The notes under the pieces: generated by a model | The model's database searches: none | What the model was told of the DNA's origin: nothing | What the model saw: the letters and a program-made list of their open reading frames with translations, nothing else | Made by a program: the position numbers and the translations under genes | DNA from: Amphiscolops sp. MND2022 | Lineage: Eukaryota | DNA length: 64,000 bases | Direction: 5' to 3' | Assembly: GCA_964187785.1 (NCBI GenBank) | Contig: OZ076421.1 | Span: forward strand, 23,374,001-23,438,000 | Shown here: positions 1 through 11,560 of the stretch, in pieces | Layout: every line of letters starts with the position of its first letter | Position numbering within the stretch: the first letter of the stretch is position 1

Positions 1-1
1 T

Positions 2-553
2 CCATACATCTCGAAGACAGATGCATGTGAATTGCTGCGCTCCAGCCTGAACCGCTGTGCAATTCTCTTGAGATCTGAGCAGTTTGACGCCCAATGCTAC
101 AAGAAATGGGCTGAAATATACTCTCAGACAAGCATTTTGTTATTTGGTGAATGCTCATTGACACCATATAAGTTGAAGCTCGCAATGATGCCGCAGATTG
201 TAGAAGGAGGGTTTGTGGAAAGACCTTTTGACCACATGTGCGAAGGGCTTGAAAAATCCAATCATCACGCAAATCGCTATTTCCAGACAAAAACCATGCG
301 TGGTGGCGGTAATATTTACCATAAAGATCCTCTTTTCCTGGAATTGTCATCTTCATTTGGAAAATTCCTCCGTGCATCGATTGAATTGGAAACAATGAAG
401 CATGATGGCTTGGAAATATCTGAAATACTTAAGAAACTTGTTGATGATTTGGATGCCAAATACCCCGGACCAACATACCTCGAAATTTGCAAGTCCCAAT
501 TTCCTCGACTTCTCTTGCAATCGGGAAATCGCATCCCGATTCCCAACTTTTAA
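2..553 (+). CDS. C-terminal fragment of a RAG1/Transib/Chapaev-like DDE transposase (5' end runs off the window)
   Basis: Frame is open from nt 2. FGECSLTPYKLKLAMMPQIV...MCEGLEKSNHHANRYFQTKTMRGG lines up with the RAG1 C-terminal core (ITNYFHKTLAHVPEII...ASEGNESGNKLFRRF), including the EGxExxN block that carries the catalytic Glu. The two Zn-binding His residues are not conserved. Confidence 0.5.
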   Translation, partial: PYISKTDACELLRSSLNRCAILLRSEQFDAQCYKKWAEIYSQTSILLFGECSLTPYKLKLAMMPQIVEGGFVERPFDHMCEGLEKSNHHANRYFQTKTMRGGGNIYHKDPLFLELSSSFGKFLRASIELETMKHDGLEISEILKKLVDDLDAKYPGPTYLEICKSQFPRLLLQSGNRIPIPNF

Positions 554-1263
554 GTGGTATGAGGTTCACTTCAATTGGAAGATTAGGGGTAGTCGATGAG
601 ATTTCGTTAACGAAGGATGTTCTGATTAAACTTATCAACGAAATGGGGGGCATATTCATTGAACACGATCAAGCAGACACCCTCATGAAGACACATTCAC
701 GACTGCCTAATTGCTTCGTTCTGGTCAAAGACGAAGAAGACCTAGTAATCGCCACAGGATCTGTGCAAGAAATTGAAGAACTGAAAAAGAAGATGCCGCC
801 GGCGAAAAAACTAAAACTTTCCACGTCCCAGTCTTCAGATTCGGACAGTCAATACCCATCATCGCAACTCACAGCAAAACAGAAAAAAGAAACTGCTCAA
901 TACTCACAAATTGCTCAGAAATTTGCCCAAGGAGGTCTAACTTTTTTGAAGAAGAATTTTATCATGGATGTCAAAAAAGTAGTTACGTTGTTAGACCCCA
1001 AAGATTACACCATCGCCCCCGGAAGTAATTTTCGTCGAGCCAGAGTAAATGATATGAGACCACTCTTCCTTGATCAAATATCAGGGAAAAAATCAAACGA
1101 GAATATATCGGCTGTGGCTTATCTCAAACGATACAGAAATGGACAAACGAGATTACCAAAACTCTTTTTCGAGAATGATGATGACACTTTTGCCGGAGAA
1201 ATTGACAACATTGATGATGACGACGACGACTTAGATGAAGAATGTTCTCAGATCACTTTGTAG
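487..1263 (+). CDS. BRCT-domain-containing ORF with acidic tail; probable frameshifted continuation of the transposase
   Basis: Overlaps the upstream ORF by 67 nt in the -1 frame. MRFTSIGRL...LIKLINEMGG...[insert]...FAQGGLTFLKKNFIMDVKKVVTLLDPKDYTI fits the BRCT beta1/alpha1-GG and alpha3 (xWIxDxxxxxxLLxxxxY-like) pattern. Ends in a D-rich tail. Confidence 0.5.
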   Translation: MQVPISSTSLAIGKSHPDSQLLSGMRFTSIGRLGVVDEISLTKDVLIKLINEMGGIFIEHDQADTLMKTHSRLPNCFVLVKDEEDLVIATGSVQEIEELKKKMPPAKKLKLSTSQSSDSDSQYPSSQLTAKQKKETAQYSQIAQKFAQGGLTFLKKNFIMDVKKVVTLLDPKDYTIAPGSNFRRARVNDMRPLFLDQISGKKSNENISAVAYLKRYRNGQTRLPKLFFENDDDTFAGEIDNIDDDDDDLDEECSQITL

Positions 1264-1519
1264 ACCCCAGAGTTCAACAAAAAATGGGACACCGTAATTA
1301 TGTTGTGTTGATATTTGTGTTCATATCTAGCGATACATTACTATTTCAAAATAATACTATTAGAATTCTGTTCTTGAATTTGCGTATCTCTGTGATAAAC
1401 ATAACTCCAATTTCAAGTTGTGAAAGATTTTTCATACTCTGCTGAAGATCAGATACAGTGAAGAGAAACCAACACATCGTACCCCGTTACGTCGCGAGAA
1501 GTAGAGGTTATGATAAACC

Positions 1520-2175
1520 ATGGTAAACCAATCGAAAAGTTGGAGTTAAACAAAATCTGCCAGATTTTATTTAAAAGCAAAACGAGGAAAAATGCCAGAA
1601 AATTATGAAACGCCATCCAAAATTGAACAATAGTTCCATGACACTAATACGGTTCTTTAAAATTTACATATTGAAATACTACTACCTTTGGTAGTTGTTT
1701 TCTTACAGTTTAAGATATGTATGCGGTTTCAACGACACGTATAAATATATGGTCTTACTTTCCACATTCGCTTTCGTGGCCATCGAACAGTGAATGCTAT
1801 TTTGGTGGAATCCAAGACAATATGCTCAAATTGGTGGAAACCAGGACAATACAGTCAGATTTAAATATTGACGTACTACCTACCACCCCCTTTAGTAGTT
1901 GTTTTCTTACAGTTTAAGATATGTATATGGTTTCCACGACACATGTATAAAGATATGGTCTTACTTTCCATAGTCGTTTTGGGACCATTCAAAAACGAGC
2001 TCATTCGTTGAGTGCTAATGAAAAAATGGCAATTGATCAAAATCTGCCATATTTTGATGACAAGACAGTTATGAAAAAATGCCATGTTTTCAAAAAATGC
2101 CATGCAAAATTGATAGGTGTTTTCGTGAGACTAGGACTTTTGAGACAAATTTTGTGTTTATTACAAGTCAAGGAG
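1520..2175. repeat. Complex interspersed/tandem repeat, copy 1 (internal ~205 bp duplication)
   Basis: The block tagttgttttcttacagtttaagatatgtat...ggtcttactttcc occurs at ~1690 and ~1897, and again twice at ~4500-4790. Confidence 0.75.
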
Positions 2176-2635
2176 AAAAGTATTCGTTGCTATTACATGT
2201 CATGATGGTTGGGACACCGGGGACAAAATATGGGCGGCCTGGTCGCGTTTACAATGTTCATATTCAGCTTCAAAATGTTCTGATTCACGGTTCAATAGCA
2301 ATAGCTGAACAAAGAGAAATTGTTGATCTCACTTGTCCGTAATTAGGATTCTAATTAATTGTTAGCCCAAAAAGGTTATTTATCAGTGTCCGCGTGTTCA
2401 TTAAAGAAAGCGAGTAATGCATTAAAGCCACTTTCAGTGTGAAAAAACGCCAAGGTACCGTGAACAAAAGGGACGTTCCCTTTAGTTGAAATCTTTCAAT
2501 GTTTGCTGAAATTTCGGTTACTGGTTTAACCAGTCTGGTTATCATTCATTTGGAATACTGCCTAGCAAAAACGTCGATAATTTCGAAACAAAATTTTCTA
2601 ACCATAATTTTGATACCTTCATATTATATCGCAAA

Positions 2636-2875
2636 ATGCCTCAGTGCATGGTCTGCCATGAAGAAACACGAACGGGCCTCCACGACCAACACTTCCTCTG
2701 TGAGGGATGCCGCAATCGTTGGATTGAGGTGAAGGATCGCGACAACGAGCGCAGATGGTGGGCCCAGGCGAGATTAGAAGTTGCGTGCCCCCTTTGCAGG
2801 AAGAACTGTGTCTTAAGGAACGGGCCCAGTGGAAGTGTAAGAATCGATCCGTTTTTCGGATTTAGGATGCGCTGA
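2636..2875 (+). CDS. Small intronless RING-finger protein (79 aa), variant C2H2C4 ligand set
   Basis: Ligands C4,C7,H16,H19,C22,C25,C51,C54 with RING-type Trp (W29) and a CPLCR ending; good aaaATG start context. Confidence 0.6.
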   Translation: MPQCMVCHEETRTGLHDQHFLCEGCRNRWIEVKDRDNERRWWAQARLEVACPLCRKNCVLRNGPSGSVRIDPFFGFRMR

Positions 2876-3007
2876 CTGTCATTTAGACTTCTAGTACTAA
2901 CCATTCCTAGTGCTAAACGACCCCACCATACATAAACTTTTAGTTCTCCCCAGTATACAGTGCTAAGTGTGTTGTAGAAACACCAGTGGTTTTAGTTTTT
3001 ATTACAG

Positions 3008-3328
3008 TTATTCGTCGTTCATCGTTCCGCTGCTGTCTTGATTACAAATTGACGCAATTATGCCTTTAAGTGTTTTTCTTTCTTGTTTGCATAATTCGTT
3101 CTGGCGTTCGCTTTCGCCGCCGGCCGTCCGTTCGCTCTCTCCTGCCACTTTTTCCTCACCTGTCATCTTTTCTCTGATTGGTTGCTTTGTTACTTCTTGC
3201 CGTTTCTGCTGATCTAAAACAATTTTCTCATTATCAATTTTGTTTACTGTGAACCAGTTATTCCATAGTTCTTTTATTTGGTTATTTTGGTGACTTGGCG
3301 AGGGATACCTGGAAAAATAGTCAGCCAT
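3008..3328 (-). CDS. Orphan 106 aa ORF convergent with the RING gene
   Basis: Intact ATG-started ORF with charged, protein-like composition. Its 3' end faces the RING gene across a 132 bp spacer. No family recognised. Confidence 0.3.
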   Translation of the reverse strand: MADYFSRYPSPSHQNNQIKELWNNWFTVNKIDNEKIVLDQQKRQEVTKQPIREKMTGEEKVAGESERTAGGESERQNELCKQERKTLKGIIASICNQDSSGTMNDE

Positions 3329-3959
3329 TCCTATCGTTCTGCCTGGTGAGTGCGTTACTGTGAATTGGAACGGTAATAACCTATCTACCCAGCGGGTAGA
3401 TATCTACCTATCTCTCTACTTGCAAGGGTGTTAAAAAATAATTGGTCGAAAAATGATTGGCAATAAAATAAACACAATTTTTTATTATTAGGAGGTAGCA
3501 ATTACAATTATTTATTTTTGGATGCAAATAATTGATTGTACTAAAGAACACAGTATTGAGACGCGTGCTAATGAGAGCGTCGGAGCGTCAAATGCATCAA
3601 ATCATTATCATAATAACCAATGCAATATTAGCCAATGCCAAAATATCCAACGTTACAAAATAGCTTATGCGAAAATAGCCAACGTGACATAATAATGACA
3701 TATTCTTGAGGGGCAGATATACACATAGTTTCGAAAATTCTCTATTGCCCAAACTACCGCCAGGAGTTCTAATTCATTTATTGAATAGTTTTGTTCAAAG
3801 GTGGTTAGAAATTCCCGTTCTGTTTTAGGTGCTGTGTCCGGCGAATTTCAGAAAGCTGGCAATCCCGACACAGCTGACAATCCCCCTGGTGTTGGCACTT
3901 CCCCGCCTGCAGACGTGTATCGCAGCGCCATGTGGAAGGACCCGAAGACATTAGCGTCA

Positions 3960-5015
3960 ACATTCAACTGAACTTTTGAATTGCATTTTTAGCCGAATTT
4001 CGTTGTTATTAGAAGTCAAACAGTTAAAATATATCCCTAATATCTTTCGTGAGGACAAAAAGGAGGCCTTTCAGTATACTAAAATGAAAAAAGATTTTGT
4101 GATGTTTTGGTCCCAATCGTGAGTAAAAAAATTACTCACGATTGGGACCAAAATTAGTCATGATTAATTTCACTTTTGAATTGCATTTTTAGCCAAAATT
4201 CGTTGCTATTAGAAGTTAGAGAGACAAATCATGTCCATAATATCTTTCGAGCGAACAAAAGCCGGCCTCTAAAATTGGTAACCAATCGAAAATGTAGATT
4301 TAATGAAATGGTACATTTAATGTACCATTTCATTAAATTCTGCCAGTTTTCAATAGTGAGCCAGATATGAATAAATGTCAGAATATTCTGAAACGTCATT
4401 GCATTTTGAGCAATTTTTCCATGACACTAATACGGTATATCAAAATTTCATTTTTGACGTACAATAATACAGTCAGAATTAAATATTAACGTACTACCCC
4501 CTTCGGTAGTTGTTTTCTTACAGTTTAAGATATGTATGCGGTTTCCGCGACACATGTATAATGATATGGTCTTACTTTCCACAGTCGCTTTCGTGGCCAT
4601 CGAACAGTGAATGCTATTTTGGTGGAAACAAGGACAATACAGTCAGATTTAAATATTGACGTACTACCCCCTTTGGTAGTTGTTTTCTTACAGTTTAAGA
4701 TATGTATATGGTTTCCACGACACATGTATAAAGACATGGTCTTACTTTCCACAATCGTTTTAGGACCATTCAAGAACGAACTCATTCGTTGAATGTTTAT
4801 GGAAAAATGGCAGTTGATAAAAATCTGCTATATTTTGATGACAAGACAGTTATAAATAAATGCCATTTTTTAATAAAATGCTTGCAAAATTGTTTTCAAG
4901 GTTTTCGTGAGACAAAGACTTTTTAAAGCCAAACTTTGTTGCTATTGGAAGTCAGACATTTAAAATATGTCCAAAAAATCTTTCGTGAGGACGAAAAAGA
5001 GGCCTCTTAGTATGC
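3960..5015. repeat. Complex repeat, copy 2 (same family as 1520-2175) with three diverged ~90 bp subunits
   Basis: Direct similarity to 1520-2175. The subunit ttttagcc.aa.ttcgttg.tattagaagt...atctttcg recurs at ~3988, ~4190 and ~4920. Confidence 0.75.
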
Positions 5016-5077
5016 CTATTTTCTCAATTTATAAAAGAGGAAATGTTATATAGCAAATAACAAATCGTCCAATCAGA

Positions 5078-5150
5078 GGCGCTATGGCCGAATGGTTAGA
5101 GCGTTGGCTTCCTAATTATAAGGTATCGAGTTCGAATCTCTCCGACCGCA
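5078..5150 (+). pseudogene. tRNA-derived pseudogene or SINE head (possibly tRNA-Arg(CCT)-derived)
   Basis: 73 nt with A-box TGGCCGAATGG and B-box GAGTTCGAATC at tRNA spacing and loop TTCCTAA. Acceptor and anticodon stems pair poorly. Confidence 0.55.
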
Positions 5151-5649
5151 AAATCTTGGAATCCTTCGAAAAAATACATACTAGAAAAATTATATTTTGG
5201 TAATCGAACTTTGCTTTCTCGAAATTGTACATACTATTAATAAAGTATCATCCTTGTACATACTACTATTCTCAAAACTCAATTGCGTATCGTTTAATAT
5301 AGGTAGTACCACGAGTATTAAGTAGCAACTGGGAGTGTTTGTATGTTTCGCCTTTTATCAGTATTCGTTTTCGCTTCCTTTGCCTTCGCTTCCTGTGGGT
5401 TGTTGCCCGTTACTTTTTGTGATCATCACATTTTGCCCGAAGAAGTCCGTTTTTGTGCGGTTTAGCTCTCTCCCCTGCGCAGTTCTCGTTCAGCTGTCTA
5501 GACCTGGAAATGAGTCAGAATTTTATCCAGTTTACAAAAATGTTTGTTTGAAATTTCTGTGACAAAAATTATAAAAGTTGGAAATTGCAAATACTGACAA
5601 AAATTAATATACTTGGCACTTTTTTTATTTTCACCAATTTAAAAAAAAT

Positions 5650-6070
5650 TTACATATCAATGGAACTTGTTTTGATTGACACGAAAAATCCAAGAAGTAT
5701 GAATAGAGATACTCGTGACTGGTACCAAAAATGAAGCAAGTCATCAAATAATGGCAGATTGTGATGATCTGGCAGTTTGTTCAAAACTGGTACTAAACTT
5801 GAAAATACGAATATTTGTGTAATATAATATTCATTTTGCATGATCATTATTAGAAAGGCAGAAGAGCTTGAATTAAATCAGTTTATATCAAAGGAAATTG
5901 TTTTGATTGACACAAAAAATCCAAGAAGTACGAATAGAGATACTCGTGACTGGTACCAAAAATGAAGCAAGTCATCAAATAATGGCAGATTGTGATGATC
6001 TTGCAGTTTTTTCAAAACTGGTAATAAACTGAAAAATACAAAAATTTTGTGTGATATTGGTGTGATTGTC
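5650..6070. repeat. Tandem duplication, period ~232 bp
   Basis: ttgttttgattgacac.aaaaatccaagaagta.gaatagagatactcgtgactggtacc... is present at ~5670 and ~5900. Confidence 0.8.
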
Positions 6071-6999
6071 TGAATCATTTTGAATTAATATACGAAAAGT
6101 AGTGCATAATATCATGTTTGTTCAGTCATCCACTTGAATTTAATTCAAACAAGAAATGCCGCGTATCGCGTCCAGCATAAAGTCGTGGAATCCAGGAAAT
6201 TTACGATTTCTGCAATCTGATTGGTTCATTTCGGAAAACTTACGTTTTTGTGGAATCCGGGACACCGCTGCATGCCGACAGTTCGTACAGCTAAGCATAT
6301 GTTACTGGAATCCAGGACTAAATCCGTGGAATCCGGGACAAATGACGTAATTTGCCAATTTTGCACGGTTAAAGGTATGGTCTTGGAATCCACGATATTG
6401 AACGCACTATGCTGCGCTTTCAGCAAATAAGGCTTGCCTGTGCACTGTAATGTGTACACTGATGTGTTGATCATTTATCGGCCGCAAACAAGAAAACGTA
6501 AGAGAGGTGACCCTAAATCAATCATTGCTAAGATCACAAGACGAACTGTGAATGATATCCTGAAATCAAAGCACCATCTTCTGACAACCATTACAATGTA
6601 TACGTGCAAGAGCAATTGACACGAGAGGGATCTACAGCGCTGTATCAAGGAGTCTTCACTAATGAATCTCGTCTTGAATACATGGAGGGAGATTTGATGG
6701 AACAAAAAATTCTCTTGAAGAACTCCGATCAAAAGTGAAAAGTTGAAAGAAGTGTTTAAAAAGTTGCAATCAGACTATGTAAAAAGAAGTGGAAACTAAG
6801 CCGTTAACTATGAACCCAGAGAATTATTTCAAACTGCTTCTCCTAAGTTTTCGTGGAATTGTAAGTAAATTAAGCCTGAAAAAAGTACAAAAAAGAGTCA
6901 AGCCTATGATGTGATATGCCTGACTGAGACACTCACTAACGCACTTGAACCTAATTAACACACCTACTAATAAACGTGACTGGATAAGCTATGTCTCAA

Positions 7000-9900
7000 G
7001 CGACGTATAGGTCTGGCACTGTCAGTCCGCAGAACAAAATGTCATCAATACCAAGAAAACCTTCCATGTCTGTGGCTTGCAATGAGACTAGATGCCAATA
7101 CCTACCCGATTTGTTTATTTTATATGCTTTGTGAAAACTGGGATAGTTCGCATTTTCACAAAAAAAACAAGAGAATATACTACAATACGAAAACTGATAC
7201 TAATGGGAGATTTTATTGCCCGCAACGGTAACATGATTGACTATATTGATAACTATGACGAAGATAAACACCCGCCACCAAGATTTAAGAAAAACTTGAA
7301 AATAAATACGAAACAAAAACTCCTGATCGATCTGAGTAAAACCGCAGAAAGGGTGCTGGTAAATGGATTGGTAAGTATTCGGAAGCGATTACAAATGCAT
7401 AACGCATTAGGCGGGAAGTACAATAGACCAACTCATTGTTGATTACGATGGCTTCAATAAAAGTGAGCTATCAGAACTTGAATTTGATCCATGCTGGTCC
7501 AATCTTCACTGTCCCAAGGCTATGGAACTCAAAATCTATAACATGTTCCGATAGAGATTTATGAAATGAACCAGAAGAAGTGAAGACGGAATTTACTAGT
7601 GCAAGAAAGGTTCTATGAGGAAATTAACGCATGAGGTCTGATTGCACGTGAAACAATGGTAGATAATGGGGTAAAAACCCCGAATACTCTAAATGAAATT
7701 ACCAGTACTCTGGAGAAACCATGTGATAGCGCAAGTAGAGCAGGTGCCTTAGAGAAAGTAAGAAGAAAACTACTTTTAGCTCTACCAACGGTTGGTTCGA
7801 TAGAGACTGTCAATCGGAACGCTCGATATTCCGAAATAGACCAAGCTGGTCTAACAAGAAGAACGATAGGAAAGAATGGAAAGCAGCCTTCAGAGAAAAT
7901 GAAAACTTTCTTAGGGAGAAAACGAAAAATTGGATGGTTGATAAAAAATTGAATTTAAGAAGGAAACAGTGTGAAGACATTGGGTTTTTTTTCAAGGAAC
8001 TGGATAGAAAAGACGAAAAAATGCCTACTGAAATACCAAAAATGTATAATCACTTTAAAATTCACAATGTCCACGAATGTTTGCACTCAAATCAAGTATT
8101 TCGATGTGAATGGAATTGTTGGATTGAACAAAGTCTTCACAGAGAAAGAGGTGATCTAACGTATTCAAAAATTAAGAACAGTGAATAAGCTCGTCTCCAT
8201 AATATTTATCAATTATTTTCTCAAGTATCTTGTTGACCCCTTATAAAAGCAATAACGAAATGCTTCGATCGAATACTAGTAGCGATTGAAAAACTTGACG
8301 AAAGGGCTATCTCTATCTACCAACCCATTGTCAAAAATGTAACAGAAATGATCCAAACAACTACATTGGGATCTCGTTTTGGAGCTATCTATGTAAACTG
8401 CGCTTCGCAGTGAAAGGATACAAAATGATTCAGAAAAAAGGCATTTGTTGGGCAGAGAACAAGCGGGTTTTAGAAACAACATGGATTGTATTGACCATTT
8501 TTTTGTTTTAACATCACTGTTCTCACTGTACCTGGCCAGTAGGAAGAAGTCGTTTCTGACTTTCATCGATTATGAGAAAATTTGACAGTGTTGACTGCGG
8601 CTTATTTCGGAAAAATTGCGGTCAGTCAACATGGAAGAGAGTTAGAAGTAAAAATAAACCTATATCAAAAAACAAAAGCATGTGTTATTGTCAATGGTGA
8701 GCTATCAGGCCTATTCAACTGTCGAATGGCGGAACGACAAAGGGGACACAATGTCACTTCTTCTGTTTAAAATTTACGTTAATGATTTTAAGTTTATTAT
8801 TAGTCAGAAGGTCAGTGAACTACAGTCAGAAACTAGTAAAAATACGGATGTCTCAGATCTCGAATTGTGATTAAACTGTTTCGCTCGTCTATATGCAGAA
8901 TATACCGTGCTTATGAGCGGAAGCGAGATCGATTTGCAAAAAGCACTCGACGCAACAGAACAGTACTGTATGGAACTCAATATAAAAAGTACTGTTGCTC
9001 AGACAAACTTTATGATATGTTCACCTGGGAAAATTAGAAAATATTCCGATGACTTTGTGTATGGTACACCAATTGAACGTGTTTTTGGGAATTGTTGTCA
9101 AGTTTAACATCACTTTTCAAACAACCAAAAAAACAATGTCGATGAAGCTAAAACGGCATGCAATAAACAAGCAGTCTATTCGGGTAAAATTGACATTAGA
9201 AGTAGAAGCAAAACTACATCTTTTCGACACATTGATCAAGCGTATCTTATTGTATGATGTGAGGTGTGGGGCAATGAAAATGTCGAAAAATTGAAAACTT
9301 CCAAAAAAAATTTTAGAGAAAGATATCAAGAACTAAGTAAGGTGCCCGTAAAGCAATGATTTACGGTGAATGAGAACAAACATAGTTGAAGATTTCAATC
9401 TGGCAAAGAATGGCATCCTACTGGAAAAAATGTAATATGAAAAATCAAAAACTTCCAAATCTGATGCTCAAATGGTTAAACTTGATGAAATATGAAAAAA
9501 AGTGGCCGCAAGGTGTAAAAACATACTGATAAACTGCGACTTACCAACGATTGAGAATTACGTCAACTACGATAATGACAATGAGTCCAACAAATAAATT
9601 AAAGGATACTGTGAGGATATTGCTAACCAATCCTGGCAAACTATGACGCGCGCAACGCCCATATGTGAATGATAACAAAAAGCCGAATTAGAAATGTTTC
9701 TTCGTAAAATGAACTTCAAAGAAAGGATAGGACTAACTCATTTCAGGACCAACGGTAAAAGACAGGATCCTAGGGAACACAAGCAATACATGACCGCTCG
9801 GCCCAAATGAATGTAAAGCCGACGAATACCACCTACTACGTAAGAGTTTTAGAAAATGATTTAAAAAGTTGCTGTCAAGATCAAAATGCAACTAAAAAGA
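7000..9900 (+). mobile_element. Decayed CR1/L2-type LINE (APE endonuclease + RT remnants)
   Basis: ILMGDFIAR (~7200, endonuclease), QAGFRNNMDCIDHFF...FIDYEK (~8460-8580, RT) and LYAEYTVL (~8890, degenerate YADD). Many stops and frameshifts. Confidence 0.75.
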
Positions 9901-10733
9901 TCAAGCAATTTCAACAAGGGTCTAAATACCGCTAAACACTTTGCGATGTTTCAACAAACATTACACCTGCTAATTGTTTTGCTGTTGCACAGGCTCTAAT
10001 GTTTGCCTTCGGTCTGCACTCGTCTGTTCCTGACCTCATGTTCTATCCAAAATGGCCTAAACAGCGTAAAAAGCAATTACATGCTCAGTTGCCAATTTAC
10101 AGCAATTATGTGTATCAGAGAGCAACGTTACACCTATTGATAGATCATGTATCTAATGAAACTGCTGTCGGATATTTATTCAATTCTTTTATTTTTCCAA
10201 GATTTCACTTTATTTGCACTCCTTGCTTTTGCAAAAGTGGCTTTTTCTAGGGAGTTATGAAATTTAGCTGTGGTTTAATTTGTGATTACCGATGTTTCTA
10301 GATGAAGCCTGTCTTAGTTCCCCAGGGTAATTTAACGCACAATGACTTTTTCAGAAATTCCCGATAAGACTTTACTTCTTCAGGTGTCGCGATGTGGCCT
10401 ATTCCTTGCTCTTTTATCAATTACTTTATCTACGCATGTCCCTCTTTCTACCAAAAACCTGGCAAAACGACGCTGACCGACATCTATCACACCTTCTTTC
10501 AAAAGAATACAATGAGACAAACAAATGTACATGGAGACTCTTCTGCAGATGTGGAAACTGCAACATCTTTCAAAAACTGCGATTAAATTAAAACTCGGAC
10601 TATCTAAGGGGGAAACTTCCTAGGGACTTCGCCTTTTTTAAAACTGATCTTACTATTTTATGGTTTGCAAGGTGCAAAATGAGTCTGTCACCAAATGTTC
10701 ATCAAATTATTCTAATCAATTTCATCCTCTAAA

Positions 10734-11211
10734 ATGGCTGATCAATTAGTTCTTCTCAATTATTTTTTTACCACAATTATTTTACTTTTAACACCCATAG
10801 CGGTGATCGGTAACACCGCCAGCTTTCGAGTTATGTTGCGTTTACCTGCACAAGGAGTAATCACAAAACTTTTTGCGCTTCTTGCAATATTCGACGTCAT
10901 AAATGTAATATTACTATGCTTACATTTTACAGTTATTCCCCTCGTTTTATCACAAATGAGCGATTTGATTGTCTCTCATTCCTGGTTACCATCATTTTTG
11001 GACTATTTCTGTAAAATTTTCCTCTTTGCTATGGGTGTTTCGTATTCTTGTTCGGTGTTAATGCTTACCTCTGTTACACTAATCCGGCTTTACTGTATTC
11101 TCAGACCTCTCGATTATTATGCTATGAATTCTTACCGTGTGCCGACCCGAATTGCAATGGTTTGTCTCGCCATCTCCGCTGTTCCCGTCATTCCTCCAAT
11201 AATTGCAACAG
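10734..11211 (+). CDS. Class A (rhodopsin-like) peptide-type GPCR, coding exon 1 (TM1-TM4)
   Basis: TM1 IAVIGN, TM2 LAIFD, Cys at the start of TM3 (FCKIF), TM3 end TLIRLYCILRPL, then TM4. The ORF stops 2 nt after a phase-1 donor acag|gttgaa (GT at 11212-11213). Confidence 0.8.
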
Positions 11212-11560
11212 GTTGAAATAATGTGCACAAATTGGCAAAACAGTTTTTCCGTATTCAATAATCCTCGAAAAATAAAATTGTTGAGAAAGCAAAACTTATG
11301 TTAAAAGTGATGAGCTTCGAAACTTTAACTATATTCTCTCGACTTCAGTATCAAAAACGAATCGAATAACAAACGAACATGTAGCAATACATAAACATAA
11401 ATGGAGCAGTCTAATAAGATTACTTCTGAGTTTGTTAGTCAACAACTCTATGGCTGCTCTTCTTGATGACAGGGTGACCTTGGCATTTCACATTCCCCCT
11501 CCGGGTAGATTCGCTTATCCGTACGGTTAATTCCGTATTCCGAATACCGTACGGATCAGC

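Noticed and set aside
5078-5150. Functional tRNA gene
   Set aside because: Acceptor and anticodon stems do not base-pair properly.
5650-6078. Twin 65-66 aa minus-strand ORFs as a duplicated small gene pair
   Set aside because: They are simply the product of a ~232 bp tandem duplication, with no domain or start-context support.
6156-6420. tggaatcc-rich segment as a MITE
   Set aside because: Terminal inverted similarity is only partial and no TSD is visible.
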